From Candidatus Borrarchaeum weybense (lineage in GTDB: Archaea; Asgardarchaeota; Sifarchaeia; Borrarchaeales; Borrarchaeaceae): a DNA stretch of 64,000 nucleotides. The DNA is taken from contig JAHQJS010000004.1 of the NCBI GenBank assembly GCA_019057385.1, forward strand, positions 773,062-837,061. Direction: 5' to 3'. Within the stretch, counting starts at the first letter, position 1, and every line of letters begins with the position of its first letter. Below the pieces are notes generated by a model. It was not told the origin of the DNA and made no database searches. It saw only the letters and a program-made list of their open reading frames with translations. Of the stretch, positions 19,219-29,660 are shown piece after piece. The position numbers were made by a program, and so were the translations under genes.

Positions 19219-20373
19219 ATGACTGCAGAAAGAATAAAACATTCTCAAGAATTACTTAAGGAAATGAATTACGATGGATGGGTCATTTTAACAAATCACG
19301 GACAGGATCTACATGCTCTTCTATTGCTTGGGAAAAAAAATCCAGGAAGACTATCTGTCATTGTTACACCTAACGAAAATCCTCATATCATAGTATCGCA
19401 GATGGAAGCGCCAATTTTCGAGGATATGATAGGCATAGAAGTATCTTCGTACAGTGATACAAAGCAATTAGTTGAACAGATAAAAAATGAATTTTCTCAG
19501 TTTTCAGATAATTCTAAGATCATTCTTGACTATGTAGATGATCCATTGGGACGTGATGATACATTTGATCTTATGACTTATGGAGAAGTAACTAAATTAA
19601 AAACCATGTTTCCTGAAATTAATTTTGAACCTGCAGCGCCATTTCTAAAAAAATTACGCACAAAAAAAACTGAAGCTGAAATAAAGGCTCACGAAATCGC
19701 ATGCAAATATACAATGGAGATTTTAGAAGATGTTCCAAATTTTGTGAGTGTTGGTATGTCAGAACGAGATATACTTTCCGAAATAGATTGCCGATCAAAA
19801 AAAGTTGGAGAATCTGCATTTGACACGATTGTAGGCATAGGTCCAGATGCAGCGAGTCCTCACCACGTTCCATCTTCCTTTGAAAAACTAGGAAATGATG
19901 AATTACTTTTAATTGACATGGGTATTTTTATAACAGATCCTTCACCAGCTTCCTCAGACCAAACGTGGACCTTCTATACAGGTAGACCTACTGAACAAGC
20001 ACTTAGAATGTATGAGGCTGTCTATGAGGCAAAAGAACGCGCAATAAAAGCAGCAAAACCAGGAATTCCCGCATATACTCTTGATGAAATAACCCGGGCT
20101 ACTATTGAGGAATTCGGCTTTGATGAAAAAAAACTGTTTATTCATGCAACAGGGCATCCTCTCGGCATAGAAGTGCATGATGTTGGGCCAATTATTTCCA
20201 AAAAGTCACCACATTCTGAACAGCTACTAGAACCTAATATGGTACTCACTGTTGAGCCAGGACTTTATATTAAGGATCTTGGTGGAGTTCGATTGGAAGA
20301 TGACATTGTAATAACAAAAACAGGGTGTAAACGGCTCTCATACACTCCTCCTGAACTCATTCAGATTAGATAA
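19219..20373 (+). CDS. Xaa-Pro aminopeptidase/prolidase (M24B)
   Basis: PHH, LLIDMG, SDQTWT, HATGHPLGIEVHD, TVEPGLY, GVRLEDD. Confidence 0.9.
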   Translation: MTAERIKHSQELLKEMNYDGWVILTNHGQDLHALLLLGKKNPGRLSVIVTPNENPHIIVSQMEAPIFEDMIGIEVSSYSDTKQLVEQIKNEFSQFSDNSKIILDYVDDPLGRDDTFDLMTYGEVTKLKTMFPEINFEPAAPFLKKLRTKKTEAEIKAHEIACKYTMEILEDVPNFVSVGMSERDILSEIDCRSKKVGESAFDTIVGIGPDAASPHHVPSSFEKLGNDELLLIDMGIFITDPSPASSDQTWTFYTGRPTEQALRMYEAVYEAKERAIKAAKPGIPAYTLDEITRATIEEFGFDEKKLFIHATGHPLGIEVHDVGPIISKKSPHSEQLLEPNMVLTVEPGLYIKDLGGVRLEDDIVITKTGCKRLSYTPPELIQIR

Positions 20374-20403
20374 TCCTCTCTTTTGAAGAGGAAAAAACTC
20401 CAA

Positions 20404-20544
20404 TTATTTATGCTCTTTGGCGCATGTTTTGCAAGCCCATCGTTTTATGACATTTCTTCGTCGAGTTGTAATTTCCACTAACTTAGCAACCGAAGATGAG
20501 TCAGAAATGACTGCACCACAATATACGCATTTCCTACGAGCCAT
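20404..20544 (-). CDS. 46-aa basic C4 zinc-finger microprotein (not in ORF track)
   Basis: MARRKCVYCGAVISDSSSVAKLVEITTRRRNVIKRWACKTCAKEHK*; AGGTGA SD; lies 26 nt after the rfcL stop. Confidence 0.75.
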   Translation of the reverse strand: MARRKCVYCGAVISDSSSVAKLVEITTRRRNVIKRWACKTCAKEHK

Positions 20545-20570
20545 TTTTGTGTCACCTTTGTTAATAAAAC

Positions 20571-22079
20571 TCAAAACCATTTGTCTAACTGTGTGTGTTT
20601 AGGTTTTTCCTCGTCCGCTATTGAAGGTTCTTCAAGTTTTTTTCTTACCTTTTTTACAACTTTTTTAGTTTCTTTTTTGGATTCTTTTTCAATCTTTTCT
20701 TTTGATTCTTTGGTAACTTTCTTTTTCTCTATCTTTTTTGTTGTTTCTGTTTTCTTCTCTTTCTTCACTTGTTTTGCAGGTTTTGGAGGAGGTTTAAGTT
20801 TTTCCATTTCTTTTTTGATTTCCTTAATGTTCTTTTTTTCTGTAAGCAAAGCAAGATCGTCATCTGAAAAATTGAACCATTTAGTAAGCTTAGCCGACAT
20901 CTCTAGATCATTAAACATCCACTTTATAAAGGGTATATAATCTTTTGTTGCTCTTCTTTTGGAAGTATGGCATTTTTTTCCGATAGTTGCAGCAAGTTCT
21001 CCGGTTGCTCCCCGAACTTCTTTTGTACGGCTCATTTGCGATACCCAAGTAGGAAATCCATATCTTTGATAGGTATATCTCTGTCCCTTTAGTGGATTTG
21101 CTACGCCCTCTATCATATTGCTATATACATATTTCAACAAAGTCCATTGCTGTCGTTTGCGTATTCTAGCCCTAAAAAGATCAGCCCTTGAAATTGCATC
21201 ATACACCTGTGCAAGTGTTTCAGGCTCTATGGCGTGTTTTGCTGCATTTTCATTAATCCAAAGCAGAAGCATGTCAGGTCTTATATCTAGATCTCTTACT
21301 GACATACGTGCATCCTTTACAGTTTTCGCAGAAAATAGACCTTTCAACGCATTAAAAATGTCAGTTTCGTGATCTCTCGATGTCAATGTAGACAAATCAT
21401 TCTCTGTAAGTTGGTTTTTGTCCATAGCTATTGCCTGCAAATCATTAATTGCAGATCGCAGATCACCACCAGAGTTTTCTGCTATCTTTAGTAAAATACT
21501 ATCGTCAACAACAATATCTTCGTTCTTGCAGATCTTCTTAAGTACATTTTTTATACTGGCTGCACGTAGACGTTGAAATTTAATTATTGTACAATATCTT
21601 CTAAAAGATGATAATCTTTGGTTGTATGGATCATTAGCCGTTGCAATAATTGGAACTCTTGCTTCTTTAAATATCTTTATTAGAGCTGCTATTCCTCCGC
21701 GATCTTCTCGACCAGAGACACCATCTACTTCATCGATCAAAATTAGTTTCTTAGGACGGTTTCCGGAGTAAAGTGAACCTTCTGTTGCTGCTAATCCTAC
21801 AATATCTTGAATTTGAGATTGCCCTCTTTTATCACTTGCATTCACTTCAATTACATCAAGCCCGTAGGTATTTGCTAAAGCATAAACTGCTGAAGTCTTT
21901 CCTGAACCAGGAGGTCCAACAAGAAGTGGGAACTTGATTGCTGATTTCTTTTTCTGTTCTTCAACTCTTTGCTTTTCTGTCCATTCCTCATACCACTTCA
22001 ATAAATCAGTTGCTGCCTTCTTATTGCCTGCGATTTGGTCTAGTGTAACTGGTCTGTACTTTTCTGTCCATAATACCAT
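20571..22079 (-). CDS. rfcL: Replication factor C large subunit
   Basis: WTEKYRP, GPPGSGKT, EVNASDKR, ILIDEVDG, GDLRSAINDLQ, Lys/Glu-rich tail ending in PIP-like TQLDKWF. Confidence 0.95.
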   Translation of the reverse strand: MVLWTEKYRPVTLDQIAGNKKAATDLLKWYEEWTEKQRVEEQKKKSAIKFPLLVGPPGSGKTSAVYALANTYGLDVIEVNASDKRGQSQIQDIVGLAATEGSLYSGNRPKKLILIDEVDGVSGREDRGGIAALIKIFKEARVPIIATANDPYNQRLSSFRRYCTIIKFQRLRAASIKNVLKKICKNEDIVVDDSILLKIAENSGGDLRSAINDLQAIAMDKNQLTENDLSTLTSRDHETDIFNALKGLFSAKTVKDARMSVRDLDIRPDMLLLWINENAAKHAIEPETLAQVYDAISRADLFRARIRKRQQWTLLKYVYSNMIEGVANPLKGQRYTYQRYGFPTWVSQMSRTKEVRGATGELAATIGKKCHTSKRRATKDYIPFIKWMFNDLEMSAKLTKWFNFSDDDLALLTEKKNIKEIKKEMEKLKPPPKPAKQVKKEKKTETTKKIEKKKVTKESKEKIEKESKKETKKVVKKVRKKLEEPSIADEEKPKHTQLDKWF

Positions 22080-22405
22080 CAGAATCCTTCACCTAGGCGT
22101 TTCGAAAATCATAGACTCGTAGTTTATATTTGCGCCTTTTGCTTAAAAAGTACATGCTTTAAGAAAAGTCGCAAGAACATCAGTTTCACACTTTTTGTCT
22201 TTGACCATAATTGACAACAATATTTGTTTCGTTATTCGCGGATTTAAAAGAAATATTGAAATAACTTGCTAATTTTAAGTTAGTTAACTAAAAGCCAGTT
22301 TTTAAATGAAAAATAATTTAAATTGCGATTCAATGAAATAACTTAGACTTTTTATAGTACTAGGAAATGCTACTTTCAATTCAAGTTGATATCGGTGAAA
22401 AATAA

Positions 22406-25336
22406 TTGAGCAGAAAAGCACCTTCAGTCGAAGCTTCAGTCGAAGATGAGCTATTCGAAGGAAAATTTGCCTATAGTTTCTCTCCCGATGAATTAATTGA
22501 TATATTCAACACTGATAGAGAAAAAGGTCTTCCTTCAGAAGAGGCAGTTAATCGTTTAGAGAAATATGGTGAAAATGAACTTCCAAAGGTTAAGACATCA
22601 TTTTGGAAAATCTATATTGCTCCTATTTCCAATTGGCTCATTAATATTTATTTGATTGCCGCTCTTGCTATTTTTCTAATAGCCTTATCTCTTGGGCCAC
22701 AAGATGTCGGGGCAGTTCTCCCACTTGTTGTTCCCTGGTTTGTAGTAATAGGTGCTAACGTTGTTGTAGCAGTCGTTCAGCAATTTAGAGGACAGAAAAA
22801 ACTTGAAGCGTTGCAACAACTGATGGCTGACGACATTCCTGCACTGCGAGATGGCAAACAAATCACTGTTATGACTCGCGATTTAGTACCAGGCGACGTG
22901 ATTTTGTTACGGCAAGGTGAGAGGGTGCCCGCTGATTGTTTAATAATTGATTCTGCAGATCTTGCTCTGGATGAATCTAGTCTTACAGGAGAAAGTGTAC
23001 CTGTTGAAAAAAATGTGGCTCCAGAGGGATTAGATGGCGAATTATCAATACAAGAAACAACAAATATGGTTTTTCTGGGTTCATATGTTGCACAAGGTAC
23101 CGCCAAAGTCATTGTCATTTTCACAGGTATTAGGACGGTTATCGGAGAATTGAGCCGAGAATTAGAGGAAATAACTACAGGGGAAATTCCCATCAGGAAA
23201 AAGGTGAATGTTTTAGCAAAATATTTGGGTACAGCAGTTGGAATCCTTCTAGCAATTTCTGTATCTTTTAGAATTTTGAGCTTATTCGTTTTTCCTCCAC
23301 CGGGAGTTCAGGCAAAAGGGGGGATGATCGAATGGGTGGATTTAGCACCAGTTTTGATAAACGGCCTAACTGTTGCCTTAGCCATAATGCCAATCAATAT
23401 TGTGTTACTTGTTACGATTGTCTTAATAACAGGTGTCCTTGCAATGGCTAAAGAAAAGGTAATCATTAGAGATCTCAGTGCAGTAGAAACTTTAGGTAGG
23501 GTTAGCGTGGTTTGTTCTGACAAAACGGGGACAATGACTGAGAATAAAATGACTGTTAAGCGCATTTGGGATGGTGATGGAAATCTATATGGCATCACAG
23601 GATCTGGATTGAATATAGAAGGGGTCATTTTTAAGATTGAAGATAGAGCTACTGTGGATTTACCTCGCGATGCATCTCTGCAAAAACCTGTTGGTTCTTT
23701 CCCAAAATCTCTAGAGTTTCTGTTGATAAACAGCCTGTTAAATAATGACGCTAAAATAAGCGATGGGAAATTAATTGGTACGCCAACTGAAGGTGCGATT
23801 AAGATTCTTTTTCATAAGTCAAAATTACAGGAAAGCGAGATATTGAAGAATTATAATATGATTGCCGAATTTCCGTTTGACTCGAACGTGAAAAGAATGT
23901 CAAAAATGTTTAATGGAACGCACACTGATATTGTATTTTGTAAAGGTGCTAGTGAAGTAATTCTACCTCGTTGCTCACAGATTTCACGTGAAAATAATGA
24001 GGAAAAATTTACAGAACAAGAAAAAGAAAAGATTCTTGCACATATTAACGAATTTGCACAAATAGGGTTCAGAGTACTCTCATTAGCACATAAGAGCATA
24101 AAAGAACTTCCTAACGATATGAAAGAATCGCGTCACGAAATTGAAAGCAACATGACCTTTGATGGATTTGTTTGTATTGTTGATCCCCCTCGTCCTGGCG
24201 TATATGAAGCTATAAAGGAAACCCAGTCGGCTGGAATACAAGTCACAATGATTACAGGCGACAGCCCAGTTACAGCATCCTCAATTGCACGTGAATTGAA
24301 TATCATCGAAGAAGGTTCAGATCAGATGAGTGTGGAAGGTTATCAGGTTAAATCACTTACTGATGAAGGCTTCTTTAAGACAAGAGTATTTGCCCGAGTA
24401 AGCCCAGAAGATAAACAAGTCATCGTTGCAAGATATCAAAAGCGTGATAAAGTCGTCGCAATGACTGGTGATGGTGTGAATGATGCATTAGCTCTTAGCT
24501 TGTCAGATGCTGGAATTGCAATGGGCATCGCAGGGACTGATGTGGCAAAGCAGGCATCAGATATTATTATTACGGATGATTCTTTTACATCAATTAGAAC
24601 AGGGATAAGAGAGGGAAGAAATCTCTTTCAAAAAATCAGAATGATGTGTTATTTCTATGTTTGCATAAACTTAATGGAAGCAGCTATCTTATTTGGAATG
24701 TCATTCATACCGAATTTCTTTGGCTTTTTGACGTTCCAACTTCAATGGTTGTATGTGTCGGCTCACACATTCCCAGGTTTTGCACTAGTATTTGATAAAA
24801 GTACAAGCAATATAATGCAAGAAAAACCGCGTGATACTCAAGAAATCATAGATCGTAAACTTTTTAAGATAATGGTTTTCCATGCAGCTTTGATGGCTAT
24901 CGGAGTCGCGTTTATTTATATTATAACGTTTACGGGAATCTATCCTGTATTTCCGGGTAACAATGTAGGATTGGTATCAACTGAATGGCCTTTGGCCCAA
25001 CAGAAGGCTAGAACAATGGCAATTGTTACAATTGTGTTTGTGGAATCTTTTATGGTACTCGCTATTCGCCGAATTAATATGTCCATCATTCAATCCAACA
25101 AAGGAGAAGATTTCTCACTTAGAACCTATATTTTCATAGGAATGGTTATTTTCGGGACAGTTGGTCTTATTTATACCCCTATAGTCCAATTAGCAGTGAT
25201 ACATATTGGGATTGTCTTTGAATTCATGTGGCTAACTTGGCTTGATTGGGTACTAATCATTATAGCATGCCTTCCTTCAGTTGTTGGAATTGAATTATAT
25301 AAATGGACTAAAAGAAGTAAAGGCATTACATTTTGA
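22406..25336 (+). CDS. P-type ATPase with P2A-like scaffold and atypical transport-site residues
   Basis: LTGES, CSDKTGT, KGA, DPPR, MITGD, TGDGVND; M4 reads IMPINI instead of IPEGL. Confidence 0.92.
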   Translation: MSRKAPSVEASVEDELFEGKFAYSFSPDELIDIFNTDREKGLPSEEAVNRLEKYGENELPKVKTSFWKIYIAPISNWLINIYLIAALAIFLIALSLGPQDVGAVLPLVVPWFVVIGANVVVAVVQQFRGQKKLEALQQLMADDIPALRDGKQITVMTRDLVPGDVILLRQGERVPADCLIIDSADLALDESSLTGESVPVEKNVAPEGLDGELSIQETTNMVFLGSYVAQGTAKVIVIFTGIRTVIGELSRELEEITTGEIPIRKKVNVLAKYLGTAVGILLAISVSFRILSLFVFPPPGVQAKGGMIEWVDLAPVLINGLTVALAIMPINIVLLVTIVLITGVLAMAKEKVIIRDLSAVETLGRVSVVCSDKTGTMTENKMTVKRIWDGDGNLYGITGSGLNIEGVIFKIEDRATVDLPRDASLQKPVGSFPKSLEFLLINSLLNNDAKISDGKLIGTPTEGAIKILFHKSKLQESEILKNYNMIAEFPFDSNVKRMSKMFNGTHTDIVFCKGASEVILPRCSQISRENNEEKFTEQEKEKILAHINEFAQIGFRVLSLAHKSIKELPNDMKESRHEIESNMTFDGFVCIVDPPRPGVYEAIKETQSAGIQVTMITGDSPVTASSIARELNIIEEGSDQMSVEGYQVKSLTDEGFFKTRVFARVSPEDKQVIVARYQKRDKVVAMTGDGVNDALALSLSDAGIAMGIAGTDVAKQASDIIITDDSFTSIRTGIREGRNLFQKIRMMCYFYVCINLMEAAILFGMSFIPNFFGFLTFQLQWLYVSAHTFPGFALVFDKSTSNIMQEKPRDTQEIIDRKLFKIMVFHAALMAIGVAFIYIITFTGIYPVFPGNNVGLVSTEWPLAQQKARTMAIVTIVFVESFMVLAIRRINMSIIQSNKGEDFSLRTYIFIGMVIFGTVGLIYTPIVQLAVIHIGIVFEFMWLTWLDWVLIIIACLPSVVGIELYKWTKRSKGITF

Positions 25337-25565
25337 ATATCTAATAGACTCCTTGAAGTAGATTTTATGATTCTATGAAAATGTTAGAAATTCTTTATTA
25401 GCCTAATTTCTTCTACAGTTTTCCTCTCATTATTTTTCTGATCTATAATTTGCCGAAATCCAGTCCTCTTCTTAAATGCCTGAGATAGAAGTTAAAGCAA
25501 TTCCATTGTACGAAAACATCTTAAACAACATTTAATATTTAGGCATAATAATATCGTCTTATCGA

Positions 25566-27158
25566 GTGGCTTCTATGAATGCAAAGGGCAGGAATTTTGC
25601 ATTAATTGTACTCTTAACCTTTATGGGTGGCCTACTACGTTTTTTAGTTTATTCAGATTTATGGTTTATCTTTGGAGATGACTGCAGATATGCTGGGCTT
25701 TCAAAAAATCTTATTGAACAGAGAGTATATTCATTGTATGCGCATGATCCCTTTATACTCCACCCACCCGTTCACCCAATTCTTGGAGCACTTATTCATA
25801 CTGCTACTGGACTTGATTTTATCTATTCAGATCGCTTACTCTCATTTGTATTTGGAACTATGTCAATCCCTATCGTGTTTTTATTGAGTATGTTGTTTTT
25901 GAATTATCGCGAAAGCATTCTTACAACATTTCTATTTACTATCTCAGGATTTCACATCTATTTAGCACAACTCTCTCTAACAGACAACACATTCATGTTC
26001 ATGGGTTTTCTTAGTCTATATTGCTATTGCAAAGGGATATCCAATAGAAATTATCCAAAATTAATCATGGCAGGTCTTCTAGGTGGTTTTTGCGCCCTTA
26101 CAAGAGATTTGGGCATCATATTGATACTTCTCTTTTTCATATATTGGATTTTGACCACAGAACTTGTAAATACTTGGAGAATGCCGGTATTGGCAAGTTT
26201 GACACAAGGAGCAGTCTATTCCGTTTGGCCAGTATATCGTTACTTAAACTATATTTCACATCGTTATATTTGCGCCTGGGAAGGCTTTCCTGTTTATACC
26301 GGAAATTTCAATATTATAACGCTTGTTTCTCCTTTTAGTTTCCCAGAAATTTCAGCAGCCTTCGTTGGTTTATTTGCTCCTTATACCTATTACATTATTA
26401 CCCTCCCTCATCTTACTAGCCTTTTTCTGCCATGGCCACTTAACAGTTCTATTGTTCTTTATGGTCCTTTTGGTGGAAATGAACATCTTGTCCCATTATA
26501 TTTCTTCCTTTTGATTCCGGGAGTAGTAGGAGCTCTAAAATCACGCCAATATTTTATTCTATCATGGATTCTGATATTTTTTGTTCCCCTATCGTTTCTA
26601 ACAAATGTTGACGTAAGATTCGTCGATTTCACTCTACCTGCTTTTAGCATGCTATATGTGTATGGGTTAGTCACATGTAAAAATATCTTAAAGTGGGTTC
26701 TAGAAAAGTTTAAACCTGGAGCAAATAGGCAGATTATAGAACTCTTACGCCATCAAGATGTACTCTCTTATTTGATTACTTTTTTAACGGTTAGTTTTAT
26801 CATATTTGGACTCCTTCAAGCGAGAGGAACTATTCTTACTCAGCGATACGAAATTCAAGGTGCCGATCTTGCAGCTGAGGTTGAGGAATTGAATGGGGTG
26901 ACAATGGTGCGACTTGGCTACTCACAAGAAGTAGCGTATCTTACTTCAAAGGAGATCATAGGAATGCCACACACACCTACGAGGTTGGATGATATTATAA
27001 ATCATTATAACGTGAATTATATTGCTTGGGGGCAGCATTCACCTTGGTGTGAGCAAACAATAACATATATTCAAGAACATCCCGAGAAATACGCTTTATA
27101 TCTATATATCTCATCTCCAGAGAATAACGACGTCTATCTAATTTATGAAGTTCTCTAG
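25566..27158 (+). CDS. GT-C fold membrane glycosyltransferase (family 39/ArnT-PMT-like)
   Basis: GDD..Y after TM1, HPP, RLLSFVFG, many TMs, DVRF, C-terminal extracellular domain. Confidence 0.8.
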   Translation: MASMNAKGRNFALIVLLTFMGGLLRFLVYSDLWFIFGDDCRYAGLSKNLIEQRVYSLYAHDPFILHPPVHPILGALIHTATGLDFIYSDRLLSFVFGTMSIPIVFLLSMLFLNYRESILTTFLFTISGFHIYLAQLSLTDNTFMFMGFLSLYCYCKGISNRNYPKLIMAGLLGGFCALTRDLGIILILLFFIYWILTTELVNTWRMPVLASLTQGAVYSVWPVYRYLNYISHRYICAWEGFPVYTGNFNIITLVSPFSFPEISAAFVGLFAPYTYYIITLPHLTSLFLPWPLNSSIVLYGPFGGNEHLVPLYFFLLIPGVVGALKSRQYFILSWILIFFVPLSFLTNVDVRFVDFTLPAFSMLYVYGLVTCKNILKWVLEKFKPGANRQIIELLRHQDVLSYLITFLTVSFIIFGLLQARGTILTQRYEIQGADLAAEVEELNGVTMVRLGYSQEVAYLTSKEIIGMPHTPTRLDDIINHYNVNYIAWGQHSPWCEQTITYIQEHPEKYALYLYISSPENNDVYLIYEVL

Positions 27159-27316
27159 CTGATTGATTATGCTTAGAAAGCTTTTTCCACTTTTATAGAA
27201 GTCTCTGTCTCTTTGTATTTGTGAAGTTTAATAGTAAGAATTGTATCAAATAAGAAATAATTTTATATTAGGCGTAAAAGTAAATTCTGACAAGTTAAAA
27301 AGGGGGTTAATAATAG

Positions 27317-27796
27317 ATGGAACAATCTAAATTATATTCAAACGAAGATTTAGTCGCTTATTGCGGCATTAATTGTAAAGAATGTAAGGCAAAGGCTAAA
27401 AGGCGAGGAAACCTTGCTAATTTGTTGAAAGAAGCTCTTAAAGAGTTACCTTTAGAATTATTCCGTGAAGTCTTTCCACCATTTAAGCCTATCAATGAAG
27501 TAATGGAATTTCTTGAATTTTTACCGATGATGTCAAACATGCAAACATGTTGCACTTCAACAGAACATCCATGTGGAGATCCAGACTGTAAAATTCGCGT
27601 TTGTATACAAGAAAAGAACATAAGAACCTGTGCAGAATGTGAGGAAGATTATAAAACATGTGTAAAACTTGATTTTCTAAAACCAGGTCATAAAACATTG
27701 ATAGAAGATCTTGATTTTATTAAAGAAAAAGGATTTGACGCGTACGTTGAAGACGTGATTAAAAAATACAAGATGGATCCTGTAACTGTTGAGTAA
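27317..27796 (+). CDS. DUF3795-family Cys-rich protein
   Basis: VAYCGINCKEC ... CKIRVC...IRTCAEC...C. Confidence 0.8.
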   Translation: MEQSKLYSNEDLVAYCGINCKECKAKAKRRGNLANLLKEALKELPLELFREVFPPFKPINEVMEFLEFLPMMSNMQTCCTSTEHPCGDPDCKIRVCIQEKNIRTCAECEEDYKTCVKLDFLKPGHKTLIEDLDFIKEKGFDAYVEDVIKKYKMDPVTVE

Positions 27797-27814
27797 ATCC
27801 TCATTTCCCCTCCT

Positions 27815-28828
27815 TTATTCTTGTATAAAAATATCTTCGTTCAGATACACAACTCTATTATATCTTGCATTTTTTTGAATATATGCCTCATCAAAAACTA
27901 TGCTATTTTCAATTATAGAATTTTCACCGATTTCTGTATTTCTTCCTATTGTTGTATAAGGTCCTATCTGAGTATTTTTTTCTATTTTTGCATTATTTCC
28001 AATTAGCACAGGAGGAATAATCTTTGTATTACTTCCAATTTGACTTCCATTTTCTATTAGTTTAAATCCTGGCGTAATTGGGATTATTCCAGCTTGAATG
28101 CGGGATAAAACCTCACGATTAGCATCTAAAAGATCCTTTGCTCGAGAAATGTTCTTTCTCCATCCGTCAAATAATGATCCATATACTTTTACGTTGTCTT
28201 GTTTAAGTAATTTCTTAATCGCATCAGCAATTTCAAATTCCCCTCTTGGTGAGGGCTTTATTTCCTGAATAGCACGGAATATTATCGGACTGAAAATATA
28301 GATGCCGGTTGTAATGATATTAGAGAATACTATGGATGGCTTTTCTTCAATTTTAATGATCTTGTTATCTTCTCCAATGAGAACAACTCCTGTTTCTTTT
28401 GGAGTTCTTTTTTCTTCTAAAAGAAGTGTGGCATTCGCTTGGCGATTTAAATGGTGTTGAAATAAATCGTTAGGCGGCAAATCTAGAAATAGATTATCTC
28501 CTAAATACACTACAAAATCTTTCTTGACGATTTCTTTCGCCAGATTAATTGCATCAGCTAATCCTAGTTGTTTTTCTTGAAATAAATATTTGATGGATCC
28601 TCTAAAGTGTGTGCTGTTCAAATACACTTGAATTTGTTGGTATTTGTAACCCAGCACCATGAAAATTTTTCTTATATGAAGTTTTTGCAAAAAATCGAGC
28701 GCGTATTCGATGATTGGCTTTCCAGCAACCGATAGCAGTGGTTTAGGGATATGTTCTGTCAGAGGCAAGAACCTTGTTCCTTTACCAGCTGCAAGTACTA
28801 TTGCAGTATCGAGAATTTCAATCACCAA
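27815..28828 (-). CDS. Sugar-phosphate nucleotidyltransferase (glucose-1-P thymidylyltransferase-like, with hexapeptide C-domain)
   Basis: LAAGKGTRF.P...PKPL, LGDN, EEKP, PSPRGEFEI, LbH repeats. Confidence 0.88.
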   Translation of the reverse strand: MVIEILDTAIVLAAGKGTRFLPLTEHIPKPLLSVAGKPIIEYALDFLQKLHIRKIFMVLGYKYQQIQVYLNSTHFRGSIKYLFQEKQLGLADAINLAKEIVKKDFVVYLGDNLFLDLPPNDLFQHHLNRQANATLLLEEKRTPKETGVVLIGEDNKIIKIEEKPSIVFSNIITTGIYIFSPIIFRAIQEIKPSPRGEFEIADAIKKLLKQDNVKVYGSLFDGWRKNISRAKDLLDANREVLSRIQAGIIPITPGFKLIENGSQIGSNTKIIPPVLIGNNAKIEKNTQIGPYTTIGRNTEIGENSIIENSIVFDEAYIQKNARYNRVVYLNEDIFIQE

Positions 28829-28880
28829 AAGAAGATGCGTTCTATAGCTTCTAAAATGTAAAAACGAAGTAAGTAATTAA

Positions 28881-29570
28881 TTATTTGGTCTCAATAGAAA
28901 TCCCTAAAAAATCTGTATTAACGAACCAGTTAGAAATATCAGCTTGCTCTAAGAATTGTTGGACTTCTTGCGGTGTATAACTCGCATCGATTGATGATTT
29001 CCAATATTTCCACCAGTTTCCAGCAATAAGGCGTCCTAACACATGCACAATGAATTTTGCCCTTAGCCCTAAATCCCGGCGTTCATCTTTGATATATACT
29101 TTCCCATCTGGCTTTAATACCCGAGAAATCTCTTTGAAACCATTTAAGGGATTTTCCCAGTGATGCAGAGAATCGTTGGATAAAACCAAGTCATATTTTT
29201 GATCTGGAATCATTTCCATGTTTTCAACATAACCAGTTATATAATTTACACGTTCTGCTACATTTTCATCTTTTGCATTCTTTCTGGCTACTCTTTGCAT
29301 ATCGGCTGATGGTTCTAGACCATCTACTCTGACATCAGGACGTTCTTTTGCCAACCAGATACCTATCCAGCCTGGGCCTGGACCTATTTCTAGAATAATC
29401 GCCCCTTGTGGTGGATCTATTGATTTTATGATATGTTTTATAATATTTCGATACTCAAAACCCATATTTTTCTTCATCCTTTCACTATATTCTTCCATGG
29501 TAAACTCTGGAGTATCTAGTATTGCCTCTCCTTCTGGGATTCTAGGTCTGATTTTCTTGCTTTTAGCCAT
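28881..29570 (-). CDS. Class I SAM-dependent methyltransferase
   Basis: ILEIGPGPG, DLVLS..SLHHW, RVLKPDG; ATG 29570 follows GTGGTG. Confidence 0.88.
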   Translation of the reverse strand: MAKSKKIRPRIPEGEAILDTPEFTMEEYSERMKKNMGFEYRNIIKHIIKSIDPPQGAIILEIGPGPGWIGIWLAKERPDVRVDGLEPSADMQRVARKNAKDENVAERVNYITGYVENMEMIPDQKYDLVLSNDSLHHWENPLNGFKEISRVLKPDGKVYIKDERRDLGLRAKFIVHVLGRLIAGNWWKYWKSSIDASYTPQEVQQFLEQADISNWFVNTDFLGISIETK

Positions 29571-29660
29571 TTGTTTACACCACTTTTTTTTAATTCCAAA
29601 GGCGTGATATGCACTTTTCAGTGACATTGAAAAAAATAAAAAAAGGGCAATAATGCCCTT

